Numbered from the stretch's first letter, positions 28,677 through 39,075 are shown. The stretch is DNA of 64,000 bases from an uncultured Gemmatimonadales bacterium (GCA_963823035.1 CAWGKG010000005.1:1-64000); one strand, 5' to 3'. The notes: generated from the letters alone by a model not told the origin. Made by a program: numbers and translations.

Positions 28677-28880
28677 ATGCAGAATAGACAGGCAACCTTG
28701 GATTGTCCGGTGTGCGGTGCCAGGCACTCGGGTCTGGCCGCGATCCCCGCCCGCGACACTCGTTGGCCGTATCGGATCGAATGCCCCGAGACCTGCATCC
28801 AGATCCCGGCACGTCTCGACAGCCGTGGCGAGGTAATGATCGGAGTCCCCGAGGCGGTTCGCCGATCCGTTGCTCCATGA
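28677..28880 (+). CDS. Small Cys-rich (zinc-ribbon-like) protein
   Basis: GAGGA RBS; CPVCG...CPETC. Confidence 0.5.
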   Translation: MQNRQATLDCPVCGARHSGLAAIPARDTRWPYRIECPETCIQIPARLDSRGEVMIGVPEAVRRSVAP

Positions 28881-28924
28881 AGAAGAGCCGGCCCCATGCC
28901 GGTTGGCCGGAGGGAGTGTAGGCA

Positions 28925-29746
28925 GTGGATCGCGAGCGGACGCCTTCGGATTCAGGCAATGTTGCGAATGTCGTTGCCCCGAGGTCACCGGCTGCGCCTG
29001 GCATCAGGATCGCGGTGGTGAGCGCGAAGGGCGGAACCGGAAAGACCATGCTGGCGACGGCGCTCGCGAGCGTTGCTGCGACCCGGCATGGTCTGTCCAC
29101 CTGCTACGTCGACTGCGATGTCGAAGCGCCGAACGGCCATCTCCTTCTTCATCCTGCCATCGCAGTCCGACGCCCCGTCACGTGCCCTGTGCCGCAGGTC
29201 GAGGAAGGGCACTGTGAGGGGGGCGTTCGCGAGGTCTCCCGCGTCCTGGGATACGTGGAGGCGGGGTGGGCCGGTCCCGTCCGCTTCGTGCAGGGCACGC
29301 TCGAGTTGGGACAGCCCCGATCGGTCCCCGTCATCGAAGACGTACTGAAGGAGATCCCCCTCGACGCAGATCTGGTGGTCATAGACGCGCCGTCGGGCAC
29401 ATCGTGCCCTCAGATCGTGGCCTCGAAGAACGCGCACCTGCTGCTTCTGGTGGCGGACGCCACGCCCTTCGGCAGGGTGGACCTGGGGATCATGCTGGAC
29501 CTCATCAGGAGGAAGCTGGGCGTGGACTATGCCGTCGTCATCAACCGTAGCGACGTGGGTGACCACCGTCTCCATGCGCTATGTGCGAGCGAGGGCATCC
29601 CCGTCGTCGGCACCATACCCTGGTCACGGACGATCGCGCGCGCTTACGCCCGTGGGCACCTGGACACCCTTGCAGAGACCCTGGAGGATGTGCTCACCTC
29701 CGCTCTGGAGCACGCCCTGACTCTTGGAGCAAGGCCGCCATGCTGA
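28925..29746 (+). CDS. MinD/CbiA-superfamily P-loop ATPase (COG1149-like), ferredoxin insert absent
   Basis: SAKGGTGKT, DCDVEAPNGHL, IDAPSGTSCP, TPFGRVDL, VINRSDVG. Confidence 0.82.
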   Translation: MDRERTPSDSGNVANVVAPRSPAAPGIRIAVVSAKGGTGKTMLATALASVAATRHGLSTCYVDCDVEAPNGHLLLHPAIAVRRPVTCPVPQVEEGHCEGGVREVSRVLGYVEAGWAGPVRFVQGTLELGQPRSVPVIEDVLKEIPLDADLVVIDAPSGTSCPQIVASKNAHLLLLVADATPFGRVDLGIMLDLIRRKLGVDYAVVINRSDVGDHRLHALCASEGIPVVGTIPWSRTIARAYARGHLDTLAETLEDVLTSALEHALTLGARPPC

Positions 29747-30579
29747 TCCGGGAAGTCGCAGTCGTCAGCGGAAAAGGCGGAACCGGAAAGACGTCCATCG
29801 CGGTTTCGCTGGCCGCCCTGGGGCGACCTCTCGTTCTGGCGGGGTGCGACGTCAGCGCGCCCGAACTGGAGTTCCTGACCGAACCCCGTGATGGCATCCG
29901 GGTCCCGTTCGTCGAGTGCCAGACGGCCCGGATCGACCGACTTGAGCCCGCGGTCACGGGCGCCTGGTTCCTCTCCGAGACCCGGTTCGGCCCCATGGTC
30001 CACGCGTTCCTGCACCCAGGGGAAGGCGGCAGCGGCGAGCTGGTCAGCACCGTCCGCATGCAGGCCCGCATGGTAGCCGCGGATCGTGGGCTTCCCCTCG
30101 TGGTAGTGGACGGTGCCGCCGGCGTGGGGTGCCCGGTGATCGCGTCGCTCCGCAATGTGGACCTGGCGCTCGTGGTGGCCGAAGCGACGCTGGGCGGCCT
30201 CCATGATGCCACGCGCGTCCTGCGGCTGGCAGGCGCAATGGGGGTGGACACCGCGTTGTGCGTGAACCGTTGGGACCTGGACCCGGAGCTCGCCGACCGT
30301 GTGGAGGAAAGGGCCCGGGTGCTCGGGGCGACCGTCATGGCCCGGATCCGCGACGATACGGAGTTCGTCGCGAGCCAGCTCCGACGAGAAGCCGTCGTCG
30401 AGCGCGCTGTGGACGGCGTGGCCGCGGACGTCGCACGTCTTTGGGATCAGGTGCGGCATCGGCTCCTGGATGCGCCAGCGGACGAGGCGCGGGCGCTGAA
30501 CCACCGAATGCCACGAGCAGAGCGCCCATCCTCCGGGCGACGAACTTCGCGAACTTCACCCGCCCGCAGTTCCGTCTGA
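29740..30579 (+). CDS. Second COG1149-like P-loop ATPase, ferredoxin insert absent
   Basis: SGKGGTGKTS, ETRFGPMVHA, SGELV, DGAAGVGCPVIAS, GLHDA. Confidence 0.82.
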   Translation: MLIREVAVVSGKGGTGKTSIAVSLAALGRPLVLAGCDVSAPELEFLTEPRDGIRVPFVECQTARIDRLEPAVTGAWFLSETRFGPMVHAFLHPGEGGSGELVSTVRMQARMVAADRGLPLVVVDGAAGVGCPVIASLRNVDLALVVAEATLGGLHDATRVLRLAGAMGVDTALCVNRWDLDPELADRVEERARVLGATVMARIRDDTEFVASQLRREAVVERAVDGVAADVARLWDQVRHRLLDAPADEARALNHRMPRAERPSSGRRTSRTSPARSSV

Positions 30580-30604
30580 GCTGTACGGGCAGGAGCAACC
30601 TACG

Positions 30605-32197
30605 ATGGCCGGCCTGGACAATCGGGCTCCACACGATGCGCTCGCCGCGGCCCAGTTTCACGTCCTCTCGTTCGAGGGCCCCGACGCCTACGCCCGAGCA
30701 GGTGGCATCGCAGCCCGGGTTGTCGGCCTCGCCTCGGCCATCGCCCAGGCGGGCGCCGACACGCACCTCTGGTTCGTAGGGGCTCCTGAGCTCCCGGGGC
30801 ATGAGAGGAAGGACGGCATGGCCCTCCACCGGTGGTGTCAGTGGATCAGCGCCTACCACCCCCGCGGCGTCTACGACGGCGAAGACGGAAAGGTCAGGGA
30901 CTATGCCTCTTCGCTCCCGCCCTTCCTCTTGGACGAGGTGCTCCGGCCGCACCTTGCCACCCCTGGTGCCAGGGCGATCGTTCTCGCCGAGGAGTGGCAG
31001 ACGGTGGACGCCGTCCTCCTCCTGGACGCGGTGCTGCGTCAGGCGGGGCTGCGTGAGCGCGTGCGGATCCTCTGGAACGCGAACAACACGTTCGGGTTCG
31101 ACCGTATCGACTGGGCTCGCCTCAGTGCGGCCGCCCTGCCGACCACGGTCAGCCGTTACATGCGCCTCCGCATGATGCGGTTCGGGGTCGATCCCCTCGT
31201 CGTCCCGAACGGTCTGCCCGCGGAGTCCTTTCGGGAGCCCTCGGAGCGCGCCGTCGCGGAGTTCTCCAGACGAGTTCCGGACCGGCTCGTCTTGGCGAAA
31301 GTCGCCCGATGGGATCCGGCCAAGCGATGGCTGTTGGCGGTAGACACGACGGCCGAGCTCAAGCACCTGGGGGCGCACCCCCTGCTCATCGCCAGGGGCG
31401 GCGTCGAGCCGCACGGCGACGAAGTGAGGAGCAGGGCGCAGGCATCCGGTCTGCGTCTGGTCGAGCGACGGCTTCGCGCCCCCGGCGAGCAGGGGCTTCT
31501 CGGTGCAATGGCGGGGACCGGGGACGCCGACGTCCTCCTGGTGGAGGACGCCCTCGACCACGAAGCCAAGGCCTTGCTCTTCCGTGCGTCATCGGCGGTC
31601 CTGGCCCACAGCGGCCACGAGCCGTTCGGGCTGGTGGGCCTGGAGGCCATGGCCGTGGCCGGCCTCGCGTGTACCGGGGCCACGGGCGAGGACTACGTGA
31701 TCTCGGGGTGGAATGCGTTGCAGCTTCAGAGCGCCGACCCCCGCGACTTCGTGTGTCAGATGCTCCGGGTGCTGCGGGATCCGGACGAGGAGCGTGCGCT
31801 GCGTCGAAACGGGCGGGCGACGGCGCATGGATTCGCGTGGCCGCGGGTCCTCGCCACATCGCTGTTCCCGGCACTGGAGATCGTCCCGTCGCCGGCACCG
31901 TCCGCACTCGCCGGTCCGGCGGAGGCTCCCTGGCCCGCCGCCACGTGGCGCCGAGCACGCTACCCGGGTGGCACGGAGACGCGCGATGGTCCGAGGCGTC
32001 GCCCGCGGACACGAGTTCCTGTGGATTCCTCTGCCCGGCACGCCAGCCCGCAGGGCCCGGGCGGACGGGAAGAAGGAGGATGCGCACGAAATGTGAGTGC
32101 GACCGACGTGATCGGGGATCGCCTCGCTGCCCGCGACTTGTCGCCCGTGGGTGGGGTGTCCCAGCTGGGGCGGAGAAGGAATCTGCCGGATCCGTAG
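30605..32197 (+). CDS. Glycosyltransferase family 4 (GT-B)
   Basis: SFEGPDAYARAGG, VVPNGL, ARWDPAKR, HEPFGLVGLEAM. Confidence 0.85.
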   Translation: MAGLDNRAPHDALAAAQFHVLSFEGPDAYARAGGIAARVVGLASAIAQAGADTHLWFVGAPELPGHERKDGMALHRWCQWISAYHPRGVYDGEDGKVRDYASSLPPFLLDEVLRPHLATPGARAIVLAEEWQTVDAVLLLDAVLRQAGLRERVRILWNANNTFGFDRIDWARLSAAALPTTVSRYMRLRMMRFGVDPLVVPNGLPAESFREPSERAVAEFSRRVPDRLVLAKVARWDPAKRWLLAVDTTAELKHLGAHPLLIARGGVEPHGDEVRSRAQASGLRLVERRLRAPGEQGLLGAMAGTGDADVLLVEDALDHEAKALLFRASSAVLAHSGHEPFGLVGLEAMAVAGLACTGATGEDYVISGWNALQLQSADPRDFVCQMLRVLRDPDEERALRRNGRATAHGFAWPRVLATSLFPALEIVPSPAPSALAGPAEAPWPAATWRRARYPGGTETRDGPRRRPRTRVPVDSSARHASPQGPGGREEGGCARNVSATDVIGDRLAARDLSPVGGVSQLGRRRNLPDP

Positions 32198-32231
32198 TTC
32201 GTACCTTCGTCGCGCCACAGCCTTCTCCGCG

Positions 32232-32260
32232 TTGACACGGATACCACGATCCGGGAAAAT
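32232..32260 (+). promoter_or_regulatory. Putative sigma70 promoter of the cytochrome gene
   Basis: TTGACA-17 nt-GAAAAT. Confidence 0.5.
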
Positions 32261-32393
32261 ACGGGGGGCGTGGACGGACCCGGGGCGCTCCGATCTCAAC
32301 CCCCTTTTCAAGCCCCCGGGAACCGTCAGCGGTGCGGCCATGAGGCCCTGTCCGCCGCCCTGTCGAGGGGGGAATTCCGAACGGAGACACGCC

Positions 32394-33437
32394 ATGAGGA
32401 GGCGAGCACCGGTCTTGGCCGGGGCGGCGATGCTGGCATTCGTGTTGGCAGGCTGCGAGGGACCCACTGGACCCATGGGACCCGCGGGAACCGCCGGCCC
32501 TGCGGGCCCACAGGGCCCCGCCGGCCCGGCCGGAAACTCGACCTGCCAGGAGTGCCACAACGACGACTCGAGAATCGTCGTAAGAGAGCTCCAGTATCAG
32601 TTCTCGGTGCACTACCTCGGCGGCGACTACGACCGGAACGAGGCGCCTTGCGCTGCTTGCCACACGCACCAGGGCTTCATCGAGCGGATCGCGAGCGGCG
32701 CCCAGACGGCCGGACCCATCGACGACCCGTCCCCGCAGGGCTGCAGGACCTGCCATCAGATCCACACGACGTTCACGGACAGCGACTTCGCGCTGACGAC
32801 CACGGCCCCGGTGAGCCTGTGGTACGCGCCGGGTGAGACGGTGGACTTCGGTGAGGGCAACCTGTGCGCCCAGTGCCATCAGGCGCGTCCGGTGACTCCC
32901 CTGCCCACGATCGGCGGCCCCGACGTCACGGTGACGTCCAGCCGCTACGGTGGGCACCACAGCCCGGTGGCAGAAGTGATGGGCGGCGTGGGCCTGTTCG
33001 AGTTCCCGGGCAGTGCCACCATCGACGGCGGGCCGTTCGTGCACGGCGGTCCCAGCGTCGGCTGCGCGAAATGCCACATGGCGACACCGATCAACGGAGC
33101 GCAGGCCGGTGGACACAGCCTGAACATGGCGGCCGATGGGGACGACAACGTCAACGGGTGCAATTCGTCGGGTTGCCACTCCACGGTGGAGGACTTCAAC
33201 AAGTACGGCGTGCAGGCCGACGTCCAGGGCAAGCTGGATCAGCTCGCCACGCTGCTGCGGGCCAAGGGCATCATGGCCGCCGCGCCCAGCGTATCGAGCG
33301 TGGCCGGCACGTGGCCGGCCAACGTGGCCGCCGCGTTCCTCAACTGGCAGATGATCACCGAGGACAAGAGCCTCGGGATCCACAATCCGCCCTACGTGCT
33401 GGACGTGCTGCAGAACACGATCCAGGCGATGCAGTGA
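32394..33437 (+). CDS. Multiheme cytochrome c lipoprotein with collagen-like linker
   Basis: LAGC lipobox, (Gxx)8 repeat, CQECH, CAACH, CRTCH, CAQCH, CAKCH plus CNSSGCH; C-terminal DKSLGIHNP. Confidence 0.9.
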   Translation: MRRRAPVLAGAAMLAFVLAGCEGPTGPMGPAGTAGPAGPQGPAGPAGNSTCQECHNDDSRIVVRELQYQFSVHYLGGDYDRNEAPCAACHTHQGFIERIASGAQTAGPIDDPSPQGCRTCHQIHTTFTDSDFALTTTAPVSLWYAPGETVDFGEGNLCAQCHQARPVTPLPTIGGPDVTVTSSRYGGHHSPVAEVMGGVGLFEFPGSATIDGGPFVHGGPSVGCAKCHMATPINGAQAGGHSLNMAADGDDNVNGCNSSGCHSTVEDFNKYGVQADVQGKLDQLATLLRAKGIMAAAPSVSSVAGTWPANVAAAFLNWQMITEDKSLGIHNPPYVLDVLQNTIQAMQ

Positions 33438-33495
33438 CGCCCTAGACGGCACCGCGTCGAGGCCGTCGGCACTCGGTCAACGCTCGAAGCGTCGG

Positions 33496-33535
33496 AGCAC
33501 CGGCGCCGGGAAGGTCCGGCGCCGGTGCTTTCGTT
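33496..33535 (+). terminator. Hairpin terminator after the cytochrome gene
   Basis: AGCACCGGCGCCGG-GAAGGT-CCGGCGCCGGTGCT perfect 14-bp stem followed by TTCGTT. Confidence 0.7.
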
Positions 33536-33637
33536 GGGTGTGGAGCAGGTCCCCACGAGGCGGGTGGCCGTGGCCGCGAACGAAGTCTATCCTTGCCTCG
33601 TTGGGCGGCGAGCGAGGTGCCAACCGGGAGAGGTGCG

Positions 33638-35884
33638 ATGAGTTGGAAAACGGCGCTCGGTCTGTGGATCGCAGCGGCCCTCGCTCCGACCCCGCTCGCC
33701 GCGCAGGAGGCCCGTGCGGGCGCCCTCACCTTCGAGTCCTCCAGCACCGACACGGGCGTCGTGGGTTGGAACCGCACGGCCGGAATCTCCCTCGACTCCA
33801 CGACCGTGCACGGCGGGCGCTACGCGGGGCGCATGCACCTCGAGAGCGACGCGCCGGAGTCGGTGGCGATCCTCTCGATGTCCCTTCCGCGCACCTTCGC
33901 CGGCGATACGATCGAGCTGCGCGGTTGGCTGAAGACCGAGGACGTGCGCGGCTTCGCGGGGCTGTGGCTGCGCGAGGACGGCAAGAGCGGTCCGGTGCAG
34001 TTCGACAACATGCAGAGCCGCAAGCTCTCGGGGACGACCGACTGGACGATGTACCGCATCCGGCTGCCCGTCGACGAGCGCGGCCGGACCGTCTTCCTGG
34101 GCGCGCTCCTCGCGGGCGGGGGCACCGTCTGGGTGGACGACATGGAGCTGCTCGTCGACGACGTCCTGCCGGAGGAGGCACCGCCCTACCTGCCGCCCCC
34201 CGACGCCGTGACGTCGGACACGGAGTTCGACGGGGGCTCCGGGATCGCGAAGATCTCCCCGTCGCCGGCGCAGGTCGAGAACCTGCAACTCCTGGGGAAG
34301 GTGTGGGGTTTCGTGAAGTACCATCACCCACGCGTCACCGGCGGCGAGGTGAACTGGGACTACGAGCTCTTCCGCGTCATGCCGGCCGTGCTGGCGGCCC
34401 CGGACCGCCCCGCGGCCGAGCAGGTGCTGATGGACTGGCTGACGAAGCTGGGCGACCCGGGCCGCTGCTCCCCCTGTGCGCGAGCGCCCGACAAGCCGTA
34501 TCTCGCTCCGGACAACGGTTGGATCCGTGACCCGGGCGTGGTCGGCTCCGCGCTGGGTGACCTGCTCGTGCGCATCCACGACGCGCGACCGGCTTCGGGG
34601 GAGCAGTACTACGTAGGGCTCACGGACGTCGGAAACCCCGACTTCGGCGACGAGGCCGCCTACGCCGAGCCGGCCGCGCCGGACGCGGGCTACCGCATGC
34701 TCGCCCTCTACCGCTTCTGGAACATCATCGCCTACTGGTTCCCCTACCGCGATCTCCTGGACGACGATTGGGACGACGTGTTGGCGGAGTTCATCCCGCG
34801 CTTGATGGCCGCCGAGACCCCCGCCGCGTATCGCCTGGTGACGCTCGAGCTGATTGCGCGCGTCCACGACACGCACGCGAACTTGTGGAGCGATCTGGTC
34901 GTCCGCCCCCCCTGGGGACCGGCGCAGCTTCCTGTCGTGACCCGCTTCGTGGAGGGAAGGGCCGTGGTCACGGGCTACACCCACGCCGAGCTGGGGCCCG
35001 CGACCGGATTGCGGGTGGGCGACGTGATCGAGGCCCTGGACGGCGTCCCGGTGGACTCCCTCCTGAAGGCGTGGCGACCCTACTACGCGGACTCCAACGA
35101 GGCCGCGCGTCTACGCGACCAGGGTCGAGTGCTGACGAAGGGCGCGCAGGGACCGGTCCGGGTGCGCGGCCAGCGGGCGAGCGGCCCCTTCGACCTGACC
35201 GCCCGTCGCGTCCCCCTCGCGGACCTGGATCTCAGGGCGGGGCAGACCCACGACCTTCCGGGCGACGCCTTCCGCAGGCTCACGGACGAGGTGGCGTACC
35301 TGAAGCTGTCGGCCGTGAAGAGCGCCGACACCGACGACTACGTGCGCCGCGCGGCCGGGGCGAAGGTGCTGGTGATCGACATCCGCAACTACCCCTCGGA
35401 ATTCGTGGTCTTCTCGCTCGGTGGCCACCTGGTTTCCGCGCCCACGGAGTTCGTCCGCTTCACCCACGGAGATCCGGCGAACCCGGGCGCCTTCACGTGG
35501 ACGCTTCCGATCGCGATCCAGCCGATGGCGCCGCGCTTCGAGGGGAACGTCGTCATCCTGGTCGACGAGGTTTCCCAGAGCCAGGCAGAGTACACGACCA
35601 TGGCGCTGCGCTCGGCCCCCGGTGCGCTGGTCGTGGGGAGCACCACGGCCGGGGCCGACGGGAACGTCTCCGCGATCACCCTGCCGGGGGGGCTGCGCAC
35701 GATGATCAGCGGGATCGGCGTCTTCTACCCGGACGGGACCCCCACGCAGCGCGTCGGCATCCTTCCGGACGTGGAGGTTCGTCCGACCCTCGCGGGCATT
35801 CGGGCGGGGCGCGACGAGGTCCTCGAAGAAGGGGTGAGCCGCGCACTGGGCAAGGCGTTCACGCTTGGCCGGGATCCCTCGTGA
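33638..35884 (+). CDS. S41-family peptidase with PDZ domain
   Basis: Signal peptide, VWGFVKYHHP, IDIRNYP, SQSQAEY, GADGNV, QRVGILPD. Confidence 0.88.
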   Translation: MSWKTALGLWIAAALAPTPLAAQEARAGALTFESSSTDTGVVGWNRTAGISLDSTTVHGGRYAGRMHLESDAPESVAILSMSLPRTFAGDTIELRGWLKTEDVRGFAGLWLREDGKSGPVQFDNMQSRKLSGTTDWTMYRIRLPVDERGRTVFLGALLAGGGTVWVDDMELLVDDVLPEEAPPYLPPPDAVTSDTEFDGGSGIAKISPSPAQVENLQLLGKVWGFVKYHHPRVTGGEVNWDYELFRVMPAVLAAPDRPAAEQVLMDWLTKLGDPGRCSPCARAPDKPYLAPDNGWIRDPGVVGSALGDLLVRIHDARPASGEQYYVGLTDVGNPDFGDEAAYAEPAAPDAGYRMLALYRFWNIIAYWFPYRDLLDDDWDDVLAEFIPRLMAAETPAAYRLVTLELIARVHDTHANLWSDLVVRPPWGPAQLPVVTRFVEGRAVVTGYTHAELGPATGLRVGDVIEALDGVPVDSLLKAWRPYYADSNEAARLRDQGRVLTKGAQGPVRVRGQRASGPFDLTARRVPLADLDLRAGQTHDLPGDAFRRLTDEVAYLKLSAVKSADTDDYVRRAAGAKVLVIDIRNYPSEFVVFSLGGHLVSAPTEFVRFTHGDPANPGAFTWTLPIAIQPMAPRFEGNVVILVDEVSQSQAEYTTMALRSAPGALVVGSTTAGADGNVSAITLPGGLRTMISGIGVFYPDGTPTQRVGILPDVEVRPTLAGIRAGRDEVLEEGVSRALGKAFTLGRDPS

Positions 35885-37593
35885 ACACGCTGACCCGGAG
35901 CGCCCGGCGCGGGCGGTCGACCCTCCTCCTCCTCCTGATGTCCGCCGTCGTCGCCCCGATCGGCGCAACCGGCCAGGTCGTCCACGGCAGTCTCCGCGAC
36001 GCAGCCTCCCGCGCGCCGGTGGAGGGCGCCCTCGTCCTCCTCCTCGACGTCTCGGGGAGGCGGGTGGGAGGCACCCTCACCGACCAGGGCGGATCGTTCG
36101 GATTCGTCGCGCCGCATGCCGGGCGGTTCACGGTGCAGGCCGAGCGGATCGGCTTCGCGACGGTGACCTCGGAGCCGTTCGCCCTCGCCCCCGACGAGGC
36201 CCACACGATGGAGCTCCTGATGGCGGCGATGCCGGTGTCGCTCGAGGGGCTCGAGGTGGAGGGGCGGAGGCGCTGCGTCGTCCGCCCGGAGGAGGGAGCG
36301 ACGCTGTCCCGCGTCTGGGGGGAGGCGCAGAAGGCGCTACGGAACCAGGAGTGGACGGACGGCACCGGGCTGGCGCGCTTCCGGCTGCGCCGGTACGAGC
36401 GCGAATACGACGCCGCCAGGCGCATCGTGATGTCCGAGCGCGTGGTCTTCCGGGGGTGGACGCACGGGAATCCGATCCGGAGCCTCCCGGCCGAAGACCT
36501 GCTCGCGCACGGGTTCGTCCGGCGGGCCGACGACGGCGGCTACGAGTACTACGGACCGGACGCGTCGGTGCTGCTGTCCGACGCGTTCCTCGATACGCAC
36601 TGCTTCGAGCTCTCGGTGGACGAGCACGATCCCGAGGTCATCGGTCTGGCCTTTGAGCCGATCCGTGGGCGGGGGGTCCCGGACATCTCGGGAACGCTCT
36701 GGCTGGGCCGAGCGGACGCCCGCCTGCGATTCCTCGACTTCATCTACACGTCCCCGCCTTGGCCGGAGGCCGCGAAGGTCGCGTCGGGGCGGATCGAGTT
36801 CGCCGAGTTGCCCGGCGGGCAGTGGGTCGTCCGCAACTGGTGGATCCGGATGCCACGCATGGAGCGGGACATCAACATGATGGTGGGCGGCTCGTCCGGT
36901 TTGCGCGTCGCGGGAATCCTCGAGGTCGGAGGGGCAGCCACCCAGGTCGGTATGCCCGGCGTGCGCTCCGCGGCCCCCCAAGGCGCGGGCGGGGTCGAGG
37001 GCACGGTCTGGGACAGCACGCGTGGACAGCCCCTCGTGGGTGCCGAGGTACGGTCGGAGGACGAGACGCTTCAGGCCGTGACCGACGACTGGGGCCAGTT
37101 CATCCTGAGGGCGATCCCGGACGGGGACTACGCACTCGTCTTCCGCCACCCGCGCCTCGACTCCCTGCCGATGGCGCCCACCCCCGTGTCCGTGACGGTC
37201 GTCGGTGGAGGCACCACCCAGGTGCGTCTGGCGATTCCCTCCCTGGCCTCGATGATCTCCACCGCCTGCGGGGAAGGGGAGCCGCCGAAGGGCTCGTCCG
37301 TCGTGGTGGGCACCGTCACCGATGCCGCGGACCGGGAGCCCGTCGTCGGGGCCACCGTGACCCTGGAGTGGACCGACTACGCGGTGGTCTCGCGGAGCGA
37401 GGTGAAGAGCGACACGCATGGGTTGCGCGTCACGACCGACGGGCGCGGCCGGTACACGGGCTGCGGCATTCCGCCCGGCGTCCTGCTGTCGGTGCGCGCA
37501 TCCATGGGTGACGTGGTCGGCGCGGTCGTCGAGAGGGCCGTACCGCGCGGGTGGATCGTGAAGCTCGACCTGAGCATCGCGTCCGGGCGGTAG
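35881..37593 (+). CDS. Carboxypeptidase-regulatory-like domain protein
   Basis: Three such repeats (VHGSLRDA, VEGTVWDST, VVGTVTDA); YYGPDASVLLSDAFLDTHCF. Confidence 0.78.
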   Translation: MNTLTRSARRGRSTLLLLLMSAVVAPIGATGQVVHGSLRDAASRAPVEGALVLLLDVSGRRVGGTLTDQGGSFGFVAPHAGRFTVQAERIGFATVTSEPFALAPDEAHTMELLMAAMPVSLEGLEVEGRRRCVVRPEEGATLSRVWGEAQKALRNQEWTDGTGLARFRLRRYEREYDAARRIVMSERVVFRGWTHGNPIRSLPAEDLLAHGFVRRADDGGYEYYGPDASVLLSDAFLDTHCFELSVDEHDPEVIGLAFEPIRGRGVPDISGTLWLGRADARLRFLDFIYTSPPWPEAAKVASGRIEFAELPGGQWVVRNWWIRMPRMERDINMMVGGSSGLRVAGILEVGGAATQVGMPGVRSAAPQGAGGVEGTVWDSTRGQPLVGAEVRSEDETLQAVTDDWGQFILRAIPDGDYALVFRHPRLDSLPMAPTPVSVTVVGGGTTQVRLAIPSLASMISTACGEGEPPKGSSVVVGTVTDAADREPVVGATVTLEWTDYAVVSRSEVKSDTHGLRVTTDGRGRYTGCGIPPGVLLSVRASMGDVVGAVVERAVPRGWIVKLDLSIASGR

Positions 37594-37620
37594 GAGTCGC
37601 GGCCGCGGACGCGCAGCGGA

Positions 37621-37656
37621 CGCGCCTCGATGCGCCTCGATGATGCGCCTCGATGA
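37621..37656. repeat. Short tandem repeat GCGCCTCGAT x3
   Basis: CGCGCCTCGATGCGCCTCGATGATGCGCCTCGATGA. Confidence 0.6.
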
Positions 37657-37862
37657 TTCTTGCGTGACCCACCGGCCGGCCCTAGGCTGTGCCTACCCCC
37701 CCTGGGCACGAGTATCCAATGCCTGCCCTCGCACGGATGCTCGCCCCGCGTTCGGCTCTCCACGAGCCGACGGGCGGCGCGCCGTGCAAAGTCGCTTTCC
37801 CCGGGTTCCGCGCCAGGCGGCGGGGACGCAGGGCCGGCCAAGCCTGGGTCGGGAGGGGTGCC

Positions 37863-38807
37863 ATGATCGGTCGCTCGCCAGCATTCCAAAGCGCATTGGC
37901 CCGGCTCGACCGGATCGCCGCCTGCGACGCCGGCGTCCTGCTCGAGGGCGAGACCGGAACGGGCAAGGAGCTCGTCGCGCGCGAGATCCATTACCGCAGC
38001 GAGCGCCGGGAACGTCCGTTCATTCCCGTGAACTGTGGCGCCCTCCCCGATGCCCTTCTGGAGAACGAGCTGTTCGGGCACGCTCGGGGCGCGTACACCG
38101 ATGCGCGCACGGAGCAGCCGGGGATGGTCGAGCTGGCCGACCAGGGCACCCTCTTCCTGGACGAGGTGGACGCGCTCACACCGAAGGCCCAGGTGACCCT
38201 GCTGCGCTTCCTCCAGGACCAGCGCTATCGTCCGCTCGGCAGCCGGGTGGAGCGAAGCGCGGACGTCCGCATCGTCGCCGCGAGCAACCGCGGACTGGAG
38301 GGGCTCGCCGGCTCCCAGCGCTTCCGACTCGACCTCCTGTACCGGCTGCGCCTGCTGTACGTCCACCTTCCACCGCTCCGTGAGCGGCCGGGGGACGCGG
38401 CGCTCCTCGCCGAGCACTTCGTGGAACTCGCGAGCCGCCGCTTCGGCGGCCCGGTCCGGCCGATCGACGCCGACACACTGGCGTGGCTGGACCAGTACGC
38501 GTGGCCCGGGAACGTCCGCGAGCTCGAGAACCTCGTGTACCAGGCCTTCCTGGTGGACGACGGGCCGCACCTCGCGATCCCGCGCCCCACGGGGCTGGCG
38601 GAGGCCGGCGGCGACGGGCCGCCTCCGCTCAACTATCGGGCCGCCAAGGCGCGCGCCATCGCCAACTTCGAGCGCAGCTTCCTGACCCGTGCGCTGCAGC
38701 GCGCGAAGGGGAACGTGTCTGCGGCGGCACGCCTGATCGGGACGGAACGCCGTCATCTCGGGCGGCTCCTGAAGAAGCACGGCATCGAGGCCGCGCCGAG
38801 AGCCTGA
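37863..38807 (+). CDS. Sigma54-dependent enhancer-binding protein with no N-terminal sensor domain
   Basis: MIGRS start, GETGTGKE, ELFGHARGAYTDA, LFLDEV, WPGNVREL, Fis HTH GNVSAAARLIG. Confidence 0.92.
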   Translation: MIGRSPAFQSALARLDRIAACDAGVLLEGETGTGKELVAREIHYRSERRERPFIPVNCGALPDALLENELFGHARGAYTDARTEQPGMVELADQGTLFLDEVDALTPKAQVTLLRFLQDQRYRPLGSRVERSADVRIVAASNRGLEGLAGSQRFRLDLLYRLRLLYVHLPPLRERPGDAALLAEHFVELASRRFGGPVRPIDADTLAWLDQYAWPGNVRELENLVYQAFLVDDGPHLAIPRPTGLAEAGGDGPPPLNYRAAKARAIANFERSFLTRALQRAKGNVSAAARLIGTERRHLGRLLKKHGIEAAPRA

Positions 38808-39060
38808 CGGCTCGGTCCACGCCCGCTCCTTCGTGGCGCGCGGCTTCAACACCCTCCGCAGCCCCTGACCGACCGTCGCGACCGCACCGGGTCCGCGCGG
38901 ACCCGGGGGCGGGTCCTCAGACCCCCAGGCGCGTTCCGGGCCGAACCGCGCCCTCGCGAGGCGTCCGCACCCGTCGGGGGGTGGGTGCGGGACGACCCAC
39001 CCCGAACAGGCCACACCTCGATCTCCTTTGTGGGACAACGGTTCTCGGCGCTCGTTGTGC

Positions 39061-39075
39061 TGGCACGTTCCGTGC
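39061..39075 (+). promoter_or_regulatory. Sigma54 (-24/-12) promoter of the eCIS operon
   Basis: TGGCACG-TTCC-GTGC vs consensus TGGCACG-N4-TTGC, about 50 nt upstream of the first gene. Confidence 0.75.
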
